A stretch of DNA of 63,039 bases, filler included, from Octopus bimaculoides (Eukaryota): the NCBI RefSeq assembly GCF_001194135.2. It is 5 parts of 5 records of this genome, joined end to end, with 100 filler letters (N's around TTAATTAATTAA, not from the genome) between each part and the next. Parts side by side here need not be neighbours in the genome. Positions count along the whole stretch, not along the records: positions 1 to 26,308 come from NC_068990.1; 4 more parts are not named here. One strand, written 5' to 3'. This document shows, piece after piece, positions 1-13,710 of this stretch (positions within the stretch are counted from its first letter, which is position 1; the number at the start of each line of letters is the position of its first letter). The position numbers and the translations under genes were made by a program. The notes beneath the pieces are model-generated. The model searched no databases. It saw only the letters and a program-made list of their open reading frames with translations, and was not told where the DNA came from.

Positions 1-37
<37 letters not shown>

Positions 38-40
<3 letters not shown>

Positions 41-496
41 GGTGGCCCAAAAGTAGGTTTACAGTGTTATCACGTAGGTACTTTAATTTTCTTTTAAAGC
101 ATTTTATTACATTTAAATTTCTATCTTACAATCATATTGTCGATGCACATCTTAAACAGACAATGTTTAATCTCTCAGATGCTCAAAATGNNNNNNNNNN
201 GAAACGCTTGCTTGTTTAATTCTACGCATGCGCAGGCGTTACTACACTCCCGTCTGTAAACCCAAGCGCACGATTGTGTGTGAACACACACACACGTATA
301 TGAACACACACACACTTATATTTACATACATTCATGTAATATATACGATGAAACAGAAACCAAAGAGACTAGTGGTGGTTTGCGTCTGTAAGATTATTAT
401 TGTTAAGAAAAATTGATTAGAAGAGTTTAGTGAAATTGACGAGCGGACGTAGAAAATCAGACATTTCGGATGTGAATTTAAAAAGAACATATATCG

Positions 497-533
<37 letters not shown>

Positions 534-1134
534 NNNNNNNNNNNNNNNNNNNNNNNNNNNNNNNNNNNNNNNNNNNNNNNNNNNNNNNNNNNNNNNNNNN
601 NNNNNNNNNNNNNNNCTTTTAAAGCATTTTATTACATTTAAATTTCTATCTTACAATCATATTGTCGATGCACATCTTAAACAGACAATGTTTAATCTCT
701 CAGATGCTCAAAATGTCCTCCTTCAACAATACAACATTCTTCAAACCTCTTCAGAACACTCTGACACACAGTTCAGTACAAATTCCGATCTCTATCAATT
801 TCAGATGAAACCGTCAGAAATGTAATCTTTTAATTCATTTACTGTTTTGGGATTCTTCTCATAAACCTTGTTCTTTGCAATACCCCCAAAAGAGAAATCC
901 ATTGGTGTCAGGTCAGGTGAACGTAGTGGCCATGCGATGCTGCCCCGTCTTCCAAACCAACGCTGTGGAAAGGCTTGGTTAAGGTAGTCTCTTACTGTCA
1001 ACGCATAGTGTGGAGGTGCTCCATCTTGCTGAATAATGGTTTCATAGTTTTTTTATAATTAAGATCTAAACTGTTAATATATGAATGCGAAAGAGACAGT
1101 CGAATAAGTGTAAACCTACTTTTGGGCCACCCTG
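38..1134 (-). mobile_element. Tc1/mariner-superfamily DNA transposon, internally deleted, inserted in (TA)n
   Basis: Perfect 26-bp TIRs CAGGGTGGCCCAAAAGTAGGTTTACA (38-63) and reverse complement (1109-1134), flanked by TA. Minus-strand 801-1001 reads WFGRRGSIAWPLRSPDLTPMDF..GIAKNKVYEKNPKTVNELK, the WPPRSPDLTPLDF-type transposase C-terminus. Interior is disturbed by gaps. Confidence 0.9.
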
Positions 1135-1166
<32 letters not shown>

Positions 1167-2482
1167 TGAGAGAGAGAGACAGACAGACAAAGTTGTGCGG
1201 GTAATGTATAAATATGTATATGTTATTAGGTAGGTATAAATGAGTTTACTCACTCATTATATACGCACACAAATACATATACACACATAAATAAATACTT
1301 GAGGCCTCTAGGTCACAACACTCAACATTTTTTAGATCAAAATCACGTCGTAAGAAGAGCAGCAAACACTTGTTTGCATTTAGTTTAAGTTCAGGCACAT
1401 AATTATCTAGTTTACTGGGAATTCAGTTGATAATCAAGTACTAGCAATATAGTTTAGATTCGGTCCAAATACCGTATCTTGAACCAGCTCCTGCAAATCT
1501 TATTAACCTATGCCTTATATAAAACGTCTTTCTATCTGGATTTAACTAACCGCAACCGATTATGTTTGAAAAAATAAATAGATTAATAGTTGGCATTTGG
1601 TCAAAGTGTAATCTTTTTAATAAATAGAAGAATTTTGATGTAGCCAATGATAGGGACCACAGAGGAGAAAGTCTGCTATTTTAAACAGATACTGATTTCC
1701 TTATCTCTGTTTCTATAAGTATTTTCTGACTCTATCATTGTACAGAAATCAAAAAGAGATAACTAGTGCATTTAATTAGTGCAATAAAGAACATTTTTAA
1801 TTTGGAGAGCTTCATATTGGCCGAGGTCACAGAGTGGTAAATGCATTAGCTGAAATATGGCAACGTGACTTCAGATTCTATCACTTGCCTTGCAATGTGT
1901 CTATTGCAACAGCCCCTGAAGCTAATCCAGTCCATTTAATAATAAATATATCGACATAGAGACGAGTAAAGTACAATTTACTTCTGTTTGAAGAAAGAAC
2001 ATGATTTAACCGGGTGTTTTGTCTGTTTCTTTGTGTGCAGTGATGTGTTGAAATCGCCCCCTTACATGTACACCAAGAAGATAGTATGAATCTCTTCCAG
2101 TGTTTTATCCCAGACACTGGAATAATGCAAAAGTAAGAAAGAATCCTATCTAATCATGACGTCACAGTAAAATACATCTAAGGTATCATGTTCGCTCTGT
2201 AAAATATGCGTTGTTTTGCCATTTCACTTGCATATTTCGCACTAACGATGAAATGTGTGTACTGAGGCTGGCAGTACGAAAATTATGGTTGCCATGCATA
2301 AACATACACTTCCACCACATTCATGTTTAGCACCAAATTTTTAGACGAATAGAAGACAAATTCTTTGCGCATCTAAAAATATACATACATACATACATAT
2401 ATACAAACATACATACATACGTACGTACGTACGCACTTACATATGTACGTAAGTACGTACGTATGTATGCATGTATGTATTG

Positions 2483-2795
2483 TGTGAAAGCACGTGGTAT
2501 ATTGTTTAGAATATTCGGCTCGCGATCGTAAGGTTGTGAGTTCGATTTCCAGCGGCGCGCTGTGTCCTTGCGCAAGATACTGTCTTTTTTTACGTTGCTC
2601 CAGTCAACTCACTGGCAAAAATGTGTAACATTCGGATTTCAAGGGCCAGCCTTGTCACATTCTGTGTCACGCTGAATATCCCAAAGAACTACATTAGGAG
2701 TACACGTGTCTGTGGAGTGCTCAGCCACTTGCACGTTATTTCCATGACCTGGCTGTTCTATTGATCGGATTAACTGGAACCCCCATCGTAACCAA
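2483..2795 (+). mobile_element. tRNA-derived SINE (family C)
   Basis: B-box-like GGTTGTGAGTTCGATT followed by GTGTCCTTGCGCAAGATAC. The body matches the reverse complement of 7480-7600; the head resembles 6830-6990 and 58380-58520. Confidence 0.7.
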
Positions 2796-2900
2796 TGGAG
2801 TGTCAAATATTTTTTACATATATATATGCACGGTGGTGCATCAGCATGGCCGCAGCTCTAAGCTGAAACTTAAGAAAAAAAAAAATATATATATATATAT

Positions 2901-3190
2901 ATTGTATTGAGACATAAGTTTGTACCGTTCTTAAGAAAAGTTAAAACAAAAAACAGTATTTAGATATTTGTACATACCTTCGTTATTCAGCCACATATGT
3001 TCAAATTTGTTCCGCTACTTTTTGCCGTCTCCGAGGCATCTTTATGACCCCCATCCTCCCACAACTTGATATCTTTTTGGGTCATGAACTGGCCTAAGTC
3101 GTTTTTGCAATCTTCCAAAGAATTGAAGTTCTTCCCATTAAGAGAAATATGAGAGGATCAAAGTAAATGGCAATTCGAAGGTGCAAAGAC
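2901..3190 (-). mobile_element. mariner transposase 3' fragment
   Basis: Minus translation LAPSNCHLL*SSHISLNGKNFNSLEDCKNDLGQFMTQKDIKLWEDG matches the mariner C-terminal DLAPSDYHLF..L.NSL.GK.F pattern. Degenerate TIR next to (TA)n at about 2900. Confidence 0.8.
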
Positions 3191-3368
3191 AGACGAGTAT
3201 GATGGGTATAGTAGAACATCCCAGCCCGTCCGTCTTCCCTTCTTTGGACATTCCTTTATTTCCGACGAAGAGCTCCGCTCGAAACGTCAAATTCTCTTTC
3301 TTTCCTTTCCTGAGCGTCCAGTAACACAATATCTGTATCACGTCCTCGCGTTGTTGTTTTTTTTTTTT
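3190..3368 (+). mobile_element. Penelope-like non-autonomous repeat carrying a minimal hammerhead-like motif (3258-3292)
   Basis: ATTT-CCGACGA-A-GAGC-TCC-GCTC-GAAAC-GTC-AAAT. The downstream TTCCTGAGCGTC...GTCCTCG..TGTTGTT segment resembles the reverse complement of 35150-35250. Confidence 0.55.
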
Positions 3369-4149
3369 NNNNNNNNNNNNNNNNNNNNNNNNNNNNNNNN
3401 NNNNNNNNNNNNNNNNNNNNNNNNNNNNNNNNNNNTTTCTTGTTCGAACTCACTACATACATACATACACACACACATACATATATATACATACGTACAT
3501 ACATACATACATACATACATACATACATACATACATACATACACACGAGTGCGTAAGTTTGCTCACACGCATATGTGCGTATGAGAGAGATATACTGAGA
3601 GTGTGCATATAATCGCATACGAAACTGGTTGATTGAGATGTGTGGGCAGACACAATCAGTACGATTCAGATATACAGAAATGCTAACAACATCATGATTG
3701 TTTATATTTCTTCATATTGAAACAATGCCGTAGCAAGTCGCAGCTAATAAAAAACCTAATCGCGACCCCCTAACCTTTGCCACATAGATAAACCTAACCT
3801 CTCCCCACCGAACCATAGAGATATAACTTCGCTTTACGTTTTATTAAAAGAAGACTGATAAGCTATTTATCTATTTATTTACGTTTGTATTTATTTATCT
3901 AAGTATTAAATAAACACAGATGGAATAAAATAAATCTCTGAACGAGGTGTAAACAGTAGCTGCAGGACAACGTGAAGTACATTTGCCACTTAAATGCGGC
4001 TAACCACTAAGGGTGGTTCTATACAACAGATAATCTCTCTGCAGCTTTTTATAATTTGAGAACATCCAGATGATCATGTTGACAATCGTTTCTCGAAGGG
4101 ATGGTCAGTGGTTCGAGCCTGGTCACTGACCAGCCACCTGTTATTTTCG

Positions 4150-4740
4150 TTATGTGTCATACACACAGCGTCGACACTCACGGACCTCCACTTATTTGTG
4201 CTCCCCAGCACACTACTTAGTAAGTTATTGAGTTAGTCTTTCTACAACAATAAGTTGGTGTCTTGTCTCTGAGACTTGCTTGGTTTCTTCTTCCTTTCAG
4301 TTGCCCAGTTGTCCATTGAATATTGAAGGCTTCGTCTTCTCAGTTGATGTCCAATGACCTTAGTCTGTCGCCTTCATAAGTTGTAAAGAAGTTTTCAGGC
4401 GGTGTCTGCTCGTCTAAGTACTTCGACGTTTGTTACTAAATCTGCATAGAATATCATCGATATTCTTCTAAGGAAGGCGGCGAGCTGGCAGAAACGTTAG
4501 CACGCCGGGCGAAATGCTTAGCGGTATTTCGTCTGTCTTTACGTTCTGAGTTCAAATTCCGCCGAGGTCAACTTTGCCTTTCATCTTTTCGGGGTTGATA
4601 AATTAAGTACCAGTTGCGAACTAGGGACGATAAAAAGCGACTGCCTCCCTCCGCCAAAACAAATCCGGGCTTTGTACCTAGAGTAGAAAAGAATATTTTT
4701 CTAAGGAACAACATCCTGGCAAAATTGATAAGCTTTTGTA
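4150..4740 (-). mobile_element. RTE-clade LINE 3' fragment interrupted by a SINE
   Basis: Minus translation MLFLRRISMIFYADLVTNVEVLRRADT..RRQTKVIGHQLRRR resembles the RTE C-terminal LRISW.D.VTNEEVL.R...GH..RR pattern, and the frame rejoins across the SINE. Confidence 0.75.
4476..4698 (+). mobile_element. tRNA-derived SINE (family A), full length
   Basis: GGCGGCGAGCTGGCAGAAACGTTAGCACGCCGGGCGAAATGC head and B-box GAGTTCAAATTCC. 10-bp TSD TTCTAAGGAA at 4466-4475 and 4699-4708. Confidence 0.9.
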
Positions 4741-6689
4741 GTTGTTTGTTGATGATTTAAGTGATACAGCCATATGTAAAAATAAATTATTTTCACTCTG
4801 ACCCCATCTCCACAAAAAAAAAAAAAACTTTGTTTCTACTTATCTGCAAACAAATGTCAAAGTAGAGGTATAGTCCACAACGAAGTAGTCGTACAGTTCA
4901 CCACATTGTAGTGACACAGTTCACCATACAATAGAGGTATAGCTGGCCACGTAGCAGAAGTATAGTTCACTACACAGAAGAGGTAGAGTTCACTATCATA
5001 GTAGATATATAGTTAACCACATAAACATGTGTCTATGAAAAGAGATTCATTGTCTTTCAGAGTCGAATACTGGTTAAGATTTGTCTCAGATCTAAGGTCC
5101 TTTAAGCCCAGTGTGAATAGAAGTGTTGACGTAGCGAACCTGAAAAGTTGGTGATTAACTATCAGCACGCTGATAGACACCTCGATACTTTCTGACTAAA
5201 ATAATATCGTGAAGGAAATGGAGAATCAGTCTAAGTACAAGGGTCACAAGATTGAAGTAAAAAAGACATAAGGCATGAAAATAAAACAGTACCATTAACC
5301 ATTGAGGCTCTATATATGATTTAGAATATGAAAAAAGAAATAACATAAGAATCATACTGGGCCTCATAGTGTTAAACAGACTGAAAACAGCATTGCTAAG
5401 CATGGTTATACTCTATTCAAGATTCTTCAAGTTCAATAGCACAACTCAAAACAGCACACCATCTGCATACAATATGTACTCTGTGCAAAAACCAGCGAAT
5501 AAAGTAGCACAACACACACAGCACTTGTTCTATGACATCGCCACCAAACAATGGAACACAACATGAACGCTAGACGACGACCACCTAATAATGTAGCACA
5601 ACACATACTACACATATTCTTCCGTAATCGACACCCGACACTATAAGACAAGCAACATTCTACATAGTTGCCACCCATTAATATGCCACAATCCGCCCTT
5701 TACATATTCGTTAAATGATGTAACACCGATTACACTGCAAACAAGAAACACAAACAATATCAAACAAATCAACACACTTCACGTTCTAATTGCTTTACAC
5801 AAAAAGACGAAACAGTTGAACAATACTAGAGATAACAAAACATTTTCCACAACGAAACAAACGTGAGGTCTTCAGGGAAATAAAAAGACACGTAAATACA
5901 AATCTATAATGTTGTATACACCTCAAAATATTAACTTTACACACACAAAAGATTCAACGAAATATTAGACAAACACTAGACAAACAAGAGCAACTCGTTC
6001 ACACACGAGAAACTGCCACTCGGGTCTGGCCAGGATACCTCACGATCCTGATTTTCTTTCATTCCCATATACTGACAATATTGGGTCCCGATAAAGCATG
6101 TGAGCAACTTGGTTGTCGAGGTGTGTAAGAAAGGGCCCATGTTAAGTTGTAATAGTTCATAACCCAATAAGCTAGTCCCCACCAACAGTCTATAACTTGA
6201 AGGCGCGCGAAATAAGAACCCATCTCCTTACAAATCTGCTATTTAAAATTTTTCTAAATATTCTTGCAGTTCATTTCAATCATCCTTTCATTAGATGTTT
6301 CACATTCAACTCTGTTTGGTTTCTTTTGTTTTATTCCCAATCCTCGATAGTCTGTCGTCTATGTTCATTCCCCTTCCCCTCCTTTCTTTCGGATGACGAT
6401 GAACTGCTAATACTGTCAGTGGCCGAGGAGCAGGAGTACTGCTAGTTTATAGTTCTGAAGATGAGGCGATTTCTTTCGTTAACTTATTTATATTACTTAA
6501 AGTTTTTTCTACCCCAAATATTGAAGCAAACATCAGCATGTTCCGAAGTCCCTTTGTGAAATAATAAAGAAAAGACAGAAAAAAGTACTCCAGTAAAGCT
6601 TGGCAATAATCTCATTTTCTCGAAGTTATCTGAAGTTACGCCTATTCAAATACAAACACAACAGCAACAACACATATAACAACCATAAT

Positions 6690-6989
6690 GATAATAATTA
6701 GTTTCAAATTTTGGCACAAGGCCAGTAATATTGGGGGAAGGGGGAAGTCGATTACATCGACTCCAGTGCTCAACTGGTATTTATTTCACCGACCCCGAAA
6801 GGATGAAAAGCAAATCGATATTGCCTGTACAGGCACACAAATGTGCCACACGTCAGATGTCGAAATGATCGCAGAGCAACGTGAAATGGAGTGTTTTGCT
6901 CAAGAACACAACGCACCGCTCGGGCTGAGAATCGAAACTACGATCTAGCGATCGTGAGTGCAACACCTAGACCACTAGGCCACGCGACT

Positions 6990-6990
<1 letters not shown>
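6690..6990 (-). mobile_element. Adjacent SINE A fragment and SINE C head
   Basis: Reverse complement of the family A 3' half (6690-6825) and of a tRNA-like head GCGTGGCCTAGTGGTCTAG...GTTTCGATTCTC (6830-6990). Confidence 0.7.
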
Positions 6991-7023
<33 letters not shown>

Positions 7024-7170
7024 GCTAACTTCTTGTTTTTGTACGTACCTGTTGTGTGCGTCACACTTACTTCAAAGAAGTGGCAAAGCGAGAGAAAGGA
7101 AGACAGAGAGGAAGTAAGAGAGAGAAAAAGCGAGAGAGAAAGGGGGTGAGAAACAAAGTGAGAGAGAGAA

Positions 7171-7221
<51 letters not shown>

Positions 7222-7479
7222 GAGGGGGAAAGAGACTGAGTAGTGACGGCATTTGTTTTGTGGTTTTAAATGTTTATCACATCGCAAGACAAGTAGATAC
7301 ATAGATACATATACACATTGTTAAATCAAAAGCGAGAGAGAAGAGGGACTCAAAGGAAGTGAAAGAAAAAGAGAGAAAGTGAGAGAGACAGTAGATACAT
7401 AAATCGAAAGAAAAGTTCACACATAGATACATACACACAGCAAATATTGGATGTCAATTTCACTTTTCATTACCACACA

Positions 7480-7603
7480 AGGATAAAATTAACTCACAAA
7501 TGGCTGAGTGCTCCACAGACATGCATAACATTAACGTAGTTCTCAGGGAGATTCAGCCTCGCACAGAATATGACAAGGCAGGCCTCTTTGAATTACAACT
7601 CGA

Positions 7604-7637
<34 letters not shown>

Positions 7638-8060
7638 TGTATTTGTGTGTGTGTATAGTTTAGGTTAGTTAAAACATGTTTGAAATAATGTGTCGCGTGA
7701 TGGAGATAAACTTAATTACCAAACTTTCATTCATAAATCCATTTATTATTTCGTTCTTTTGCATTTCAATTTGTACATTAAGGTTCTTTGAATATGTACG
7801 ATCTATTTTAAGGTTAAATAGTAATTGCGTTTACGTTTGTGCAACAGATATTTTAGTTGGATTATATAGCCATTGGTGTTATATTACTTTCTATATTCTG
7901 TAACTGTTACAATATACTTTTCTAAGCCTGAATTTTTTTGTGGGAAGGAAACCCAGTTGATTAGATCGACTCCAGTACACAACTGATACTTAATTTATCG
8001 ACTCCGAAAGGACGAAAGGCTAAGTCGATCTCGGCAGAATTTGAACTCAGAAAATAAAGA
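7480..8060 (-). mobile_element. SINE C body fragment (7480-7600) and SINE A fragment (7915-8060)
   Basis: Reverse-complement matches to 2640-2730 and 4540-4690. Confidence 0.65.
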
Positions 8061-8176
8061 GAGACTGTCATAATATACAAACATTTCTCATAGCACCAGT
8101 ACACTGTTTACAGATGCTTACATTTTTTTATGTTTTCCGTGAATTTTTCACGGGTCCAGCTAGTAATAATAATAAC

Positions 8177-8219
<43 letters not shown>

Positions 8220-8237
8220 GCAACAACAACATCAACA

Positions 8238-8268
<31 letters not shown>

Positions 8269-9049
8269 CTTTGTTGGACTCAAGGGCTGAGAAAAACATT
8301 TGGTAAAATACAAAGATAAATGAGAAAGTGGAATTACATACATACACACGTGTAAACAATGAAACAATAACAAGAAAGTTGATAACAACAAAATTCCCCA
8401 GTAGTGGGGAAGAACCTCTTAGGATAAAACCAAGAAATCCTACCGATCATAAATCATCTTGAATTACCCCGACCGTCAAGAGCACCTCAAGGAGGCACTC
8501 CTCTGCTATCCGGTCTTTTTAGCAATAATTCTTTCATTTATTGACAGTACGTTCGATTTCAATCATACGTACGGTTACAGTAAACGTTAAAACGTGGAAG
8601 TTTACAAAGGTGTTGGGGAGAACAAGACAAAATAATACAAATCGAGGAGACATTTAGAATTTTTTTTAAAAATAAAGGCATTATATACAAACACTTAGCT
8701 ACCCAGAAAATACGTAATAAATAAAACAAGATAATATTAAAAAAAACAACCTATACAGGATAAAAGAATAAAAGAGGCATTCAATGTGGCCCATTCACTT
8801 CCGAATGAGAACCGATCAGTGAAGTCGGATTAAAGCATTCTATGTCTCTACCTGCCTCTTACTGTTCATACTAGTTTCTGGTGCTCCTAAAAGCGCTCTT
8901 AACATTCTTTGCGTGGGACGAGACCAAAAAACATTCCTCGTCTCCTGTTTTAGCTTGTGATAATACATCTGTCCTCGTTTACCATAGGTTGTGGAGTTCA
9001 CCCTCCACCCCACGAAAAAAGCAACAGTGATAAATGAATCATCTCCACG

Positions 9050-9200
9050 CACTTTGTAAATGAAACAAATGGTAGATTCATTGACATCAAACTCACGGCT
9101 TACAATACCGAAGCTTCCACCCATACTTATTTTCTTGATAATCTCTATCTTTTCCTGTTGAGAATACATTCATCTGCGTCGTTTGTTACGATCAGACGCC
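9050..9200 (-). mobile_element. Tigger/pogo-like transposase N-terminal HTH fragment
   Basis: YSQQEKIEIIKKISMGGSFGIVSREFDVNESTICFIYK fits the pogo/Tigger psq-type HTH pattern (EK.EL..L..G.S...V.R.Y.VNESTI..I.K). Confidence 0.65.
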
Positions 9201-10078
9201 TTCCTATTTTTCCTGTTCACTGGTCACATGTTTTGGGTATGAGAGTCTAAACCCATATAAAAATACACATCCTCGAGGCACGATCATTTAAACACAAAAG
9301 ACAGTCGATGCATTTTGGATAGTTGAGCTTGTGGGTGATCGCTGGGGCATATTTTTGTGGAACAAGCAAAATCTTAGACTGATCTCCAACCCCTGTTATC
9401 ACAAATCAATCCATAATAAGCATAACATGGCTCACAATTGAGTGAACAGGGTTATCCCAGATCAATGATGAATAAATCAGTGATAAACGAAGCAAAATAT
9501 ACTCTAGTATAATTTTGCCCGCAGATTATTAGCGAGTCTTCTGTATTTTGACCTAAGTTTTTCACGAGATATTGCTTTGCTTTTGAAACGACCGTGAATT
9601 TTATACAGTTCTCCTCTTGTTCATTATATACACCATTGGATCAAATTTGACGTTCATTTTCTACTGGGTCTTCTCCCTCTTTCTCTTTCCAGTTATGATG
9701 CCCAAGGACAACCTTAAACTTTACTCTAAAAGTGAAAAAGTGCTAGGTTTTTGGTGGCATCTGCTTCAATTTTTAGAGATATTGAAATATAGTTTGGTGT
9801 TGATGTGTCAAGCTTGTAATAAAGATGGAAGCGGGAAAAGTAAATGTTTGGATAATGGCAGTTTTCAATAATAAAGTAATATGATCATTGACGTAGGATG
9901 AAGGTATGTAAGTATATGGGTGTGGTGTCCGATAATGAGGTGAAAGAGAAGGAAATGAAAGATAAAGTTATGAGTAACGAATGCTGCGGAATCCAGAGAA
10001 CTTCTGAATTTCACAGAGTTACAGAAACACACTAATATATATAAACACAACACACGAACATAAGCACGCCTACACACA

Positions 10079-10184
<106 letters not shown>

Positions 10185-10632
10185 TACCGCCCCACAAGCA
10201 CACACAAATGCAAATGCACACACACACATAAACACATGAACGCAGTACACAAACATATACACTCATATACACATACATAGACATAAACATGCATATACAA
10301 ACACACATGCACATACAGATAAAAATATAAATGCATATAAGCATACTCCAATACACACACACACACACACATACGTATACATCCGTAAAAATACACAGAA
10401 ATAAAGACATTTGCGCAAACACGTCCACTTCCACACAGACACGCATACATATACAGAGAAAAACAAACACACGCACAATGCTCAAACACACAGAAAGAAC
10501 CTCATGCACATACAAACACAGTTATTTACAAGACTAAAAGGGCATGTCAGGAAAAGTGAAGAGAAACAGGTGTTCAACTAGGAAGATCAATGGAGAATAC
10601 ATAAAAGAGGAGCCAAACGTTAAAAATAGTAA

Positions 10633-11150
10633 CCAAATCTCCACAAATTCACATCTTATAATTATGAAGAAAAGAAGGAGTCTGAAAATACTTCAGGTTC
10701 GAACTCGGCAGACAGCGAAACAAACTCAATAGAAAAATTCAGCTATAATCCAGAAGAAGGGATTATCTTCTCTGCATATTTTCGCAGATATAAAGAAATC
10801 TTCAAAGAAGAATGTAAAAGTTGGTCCGACGAGAAAAAAGTACGACTGCTTTTAAGGAAGTTATCCCCTGCCGAACATGAAAAATATAGTAACTATATTC
10901 TGTCGAAGAAACCAGGTGACATTTGTTTCGATGAAACAATTAATATTTTATCGAAATTTTTCAATGAAAGAAGTCCCCTGTTCAATATGCGCTGGCAATG
11001 TTTAAATTTGGTTAAAAAGGTGATGATGAAGATTTCGTCACCTATGCTCGAGTGGTTAACAGAGAGTGTGAGAAATTCAAATTGAATGAGTTGACCCCGG
11101 ACATATTCAAGTCTTTAATTTTTGTTCAAGGGCTTACTGATGGATCAGCG
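10633..11150 (+). mobile_element. Ty3/Gypsy (K02A2.6-like) gag remnant with one frameshift
   Basis: SIEKFSYNPEEGIIFSAYFRRYKEIFKEECKSWSDEKKVRLLLRKLSPAEHEKYSNYIL...SPLFNMRWQCLNLVKK / DDEDFVTYARVVNRECEKFKLNELTPDIFKSLIFVQGL. Missed by the ORF track. Confidence 0.85.
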
Positions 11151-11500
11151 AAATCTGGAAGTCTTTCTCTGCAACGACTCTATTCTTCTTTTGAGATAGT
11201 TAATACTAGAAAGTAGAAAAACATGGTTTGAGACGATAGACCGCATAAATTCTTAAACTTCTTCAGAAGGCAAATAGTTATAGTCAAATGACTTCGAAGG
11301 ACAAACACGGCGTTCATATGCTTTTGTTAATGTACTTTTGTCTGTGCTCTCAACTTTCATAAGAGATCCTTGTCGTCATTGAATCGCATCAAGGGTAATG
11401 TCTGATACGATAGGTTGACAAAAGTGTTTTAGTCATTCTATGATATCAGTTTCTTTATTCAATTGCACAACGCTTTTGTTTTTCATTCTATTGTATCAAG

Positions 11501-11579
11501 GAAATATTTGATACAACTGAATGAACAAAGATGTTTGTATGTGGAGACAGAAGTCACAGGCAAGAGTACATCAATAAAA
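11501..11579 (+). CDS. Candidate internal exon (phase 2-0), KYLIQLNEQRCLYVETEVTGKSTSIK
   Basis: Pyrimidine-rich acceptor ttttgtttttcattctattgtatcaag and donor AAA/gtatgt; only one open frame. No homology recognised. Confidence 0.3.
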
Positions 11580-12003
11580 GTATGTGAAAGTGGTGGCCGT
11601 GCAAAAATGCGCGCGCACAAGTGTGTATGTGTGCCTGCGTACGTGCGTGCGTATGATTTCGTTTGTTCATATTTCTGTGTATGTATGTGTGTGTGTTGTG
11701 TTATCCTTAGACTGGAGACCTGGTCTAAATGTTTGTTAGTGTGAACTCCGTGAAAAGCATCGAAGAGCCATTTTGACGACGTTAAATCGGATGATGGATT
11801 GAATTTAATATCCAAGGACAGGAACGATTGTCTTTCACACAATTTCCACTGACCAAATTCCATTGACAAGTCAATGACAAGTCAATCTGGTCAACCCGAG
11901 ATTACGGTAGAAGACACTTGCACAAGATGTCAAGCCGTGGTGTGTTTGCAATCTTTGATTTACATACCTAAGAGTAGCTGTGTGTGTGCATGTGTGTGCA
12001 TGT

Positions 12004-12043
<40 letters not shown>

Positions 12044-12176
12044 CTGTAAGTACAACAACCTAAAAAAATGAAGGAACTGGCTAGATTTATAGAGGAACAA
12101 TTTTATTGTGGGTGATAGAAAGTTCGAGGATTCCAATCCAGAATGAAATTACTAATCACTATGCATAATTGAAGTG

Positions 12177-12254
<78 letters not shown>

Positions 12255-13710
12255 TAATTTCTCGGTTATTATTTTAGAGAAATTTTTTAGAATAACAACA
12301 GAATAATTGCTAATAGTGACCTCTCAGTATTGAAAGTAGGGTCAAATTTCTCATGAAATTCATTTTGGCTGCTATTTCTCGCCCGTTATGTAACCACTCA
12401 GAAGTTATCACATTATGTGGTATTGATATCTGAAGGATTAACAACAATCTTGGTTATCTGCCCGTCTCTACTCTAATGATACGCAACTTCTAAAATGACT
12501 AATATGAAAAAGTAGAATTATATGAGTGAATGGCTTGGGTGGATGGACCATTTGACTCCCATTTAACGTTCTTTGGGAGGTAAATTAAATAGCTGTCGTT
12601 TTATTGTCAAACAATTTGTGTGTAATTCTATTGTGCTTTTGTTGGTGTTTTTCTTTTACATGGTTTGCTGAAAGGCGGAGACAGCAACGCCTAGACCAAT
12701 TGAAAGCGTTGTGTGGGTTAAATGCAAGCATATGTAGAACAAAAAATAGAAATAGAGATGACGGAGACTTCTAAACCAAATGTTTTTATAACGCTTTGGC
12801 AGTATAACCAAACATTTAAAACTACATAAATGAGTTTACAAGAGTGCAGGAAAATTTGAAATATACTTTAACGTGTGTGTTGTGCGTTCGGTAAATTGTC
12901 AACACACATTTTGATGTGTATGGTTGTTTCATGTGTATTCAGTGTTAATATTTAGAGAAAACGAGATAAATTATTCAATGTACAGTCCTAGAGACATGAG
13001 AGATCGAAATGTGTAGTTATGTATTCGTCATTTGCATTAGTGCGTATGTACTCAACTGACCAATGGAGAGGAAGGGTGCGTAATCTTAGCCCGCGCCCTC
13101 TCTAAACCTGCCTTCCAACAGTGTCGTATTAGTTTCAGTTCCAGCGGCCAGAACCGACCAGCTGTTTGTTCGTACAAGCCTTCGAACCAGGAGGAGGGGG
13201 CGGCATGAACGAGACCGCAACCTGTCAATCAGCGATGCTGCTTAAGTGTCACCTAGCGACGCTATTTCCCGGTCGGCATGTTATGGCTTTCAAGCCATTT
13301 TTGGTCTTCTCGCTTCAGCCATATATAGAAGCTGGCTTTTTCGACTGCCTCCTGTATCCGGGAGTGCTGTGACACAGTAAAATGTTCGTTGAATCTTCTT
13401 TAATGGTCAAATGACCTAAAAGTGACCTGTTGTGGTCGTAGCAGTAGTGGTTGGAATTATTCTAAATTCTTGTAGTAGTTTCATCTGTGGTGGTGGCGGT
13501 ATTCAAAATAGGTTTATATTTTGCGCTTCTTTGCTAATGCGCTGATTATAGGTTGCATTGCCCCTGAATTTATAGAGGGGAAAAATTCTAAAGTTGGGTT
13601 GTTCGTTAGTGGCGCAAATATCGATGTGCTCGTTTAAACCAAATTTTTTCTGTATTCTCGTATTTTAATCTGGGATCTATGTACCGTCATCCTCTGGCGT
13701 AGACTGCTTT

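Noticed and set aside
87-720. Duplicate of 87-190 at 616-720 inside the Tc1/mariner element
   Set aside because: Identical copies each abut N gaps; almost certainly a mis-merged contig overlap.
2041-2132. Exon-like segment starting with in-frame TGA (selenocysteine idea)
   Set aside because: No SECIS or selenoprotein motif seen. At best a start-codon exon (MNLFQCFIPDTGIMQ), which is unsupported.
9693-9839. Plus exon candidate that would create NKDGSGKT (P-loop-like) if spliced to 18201
   Set aside because: The first Gly of Walker A is missing, the join is one of several possible, and the opposite strand gives an equally suggestive protease-like phrase with a stop; likely chance.
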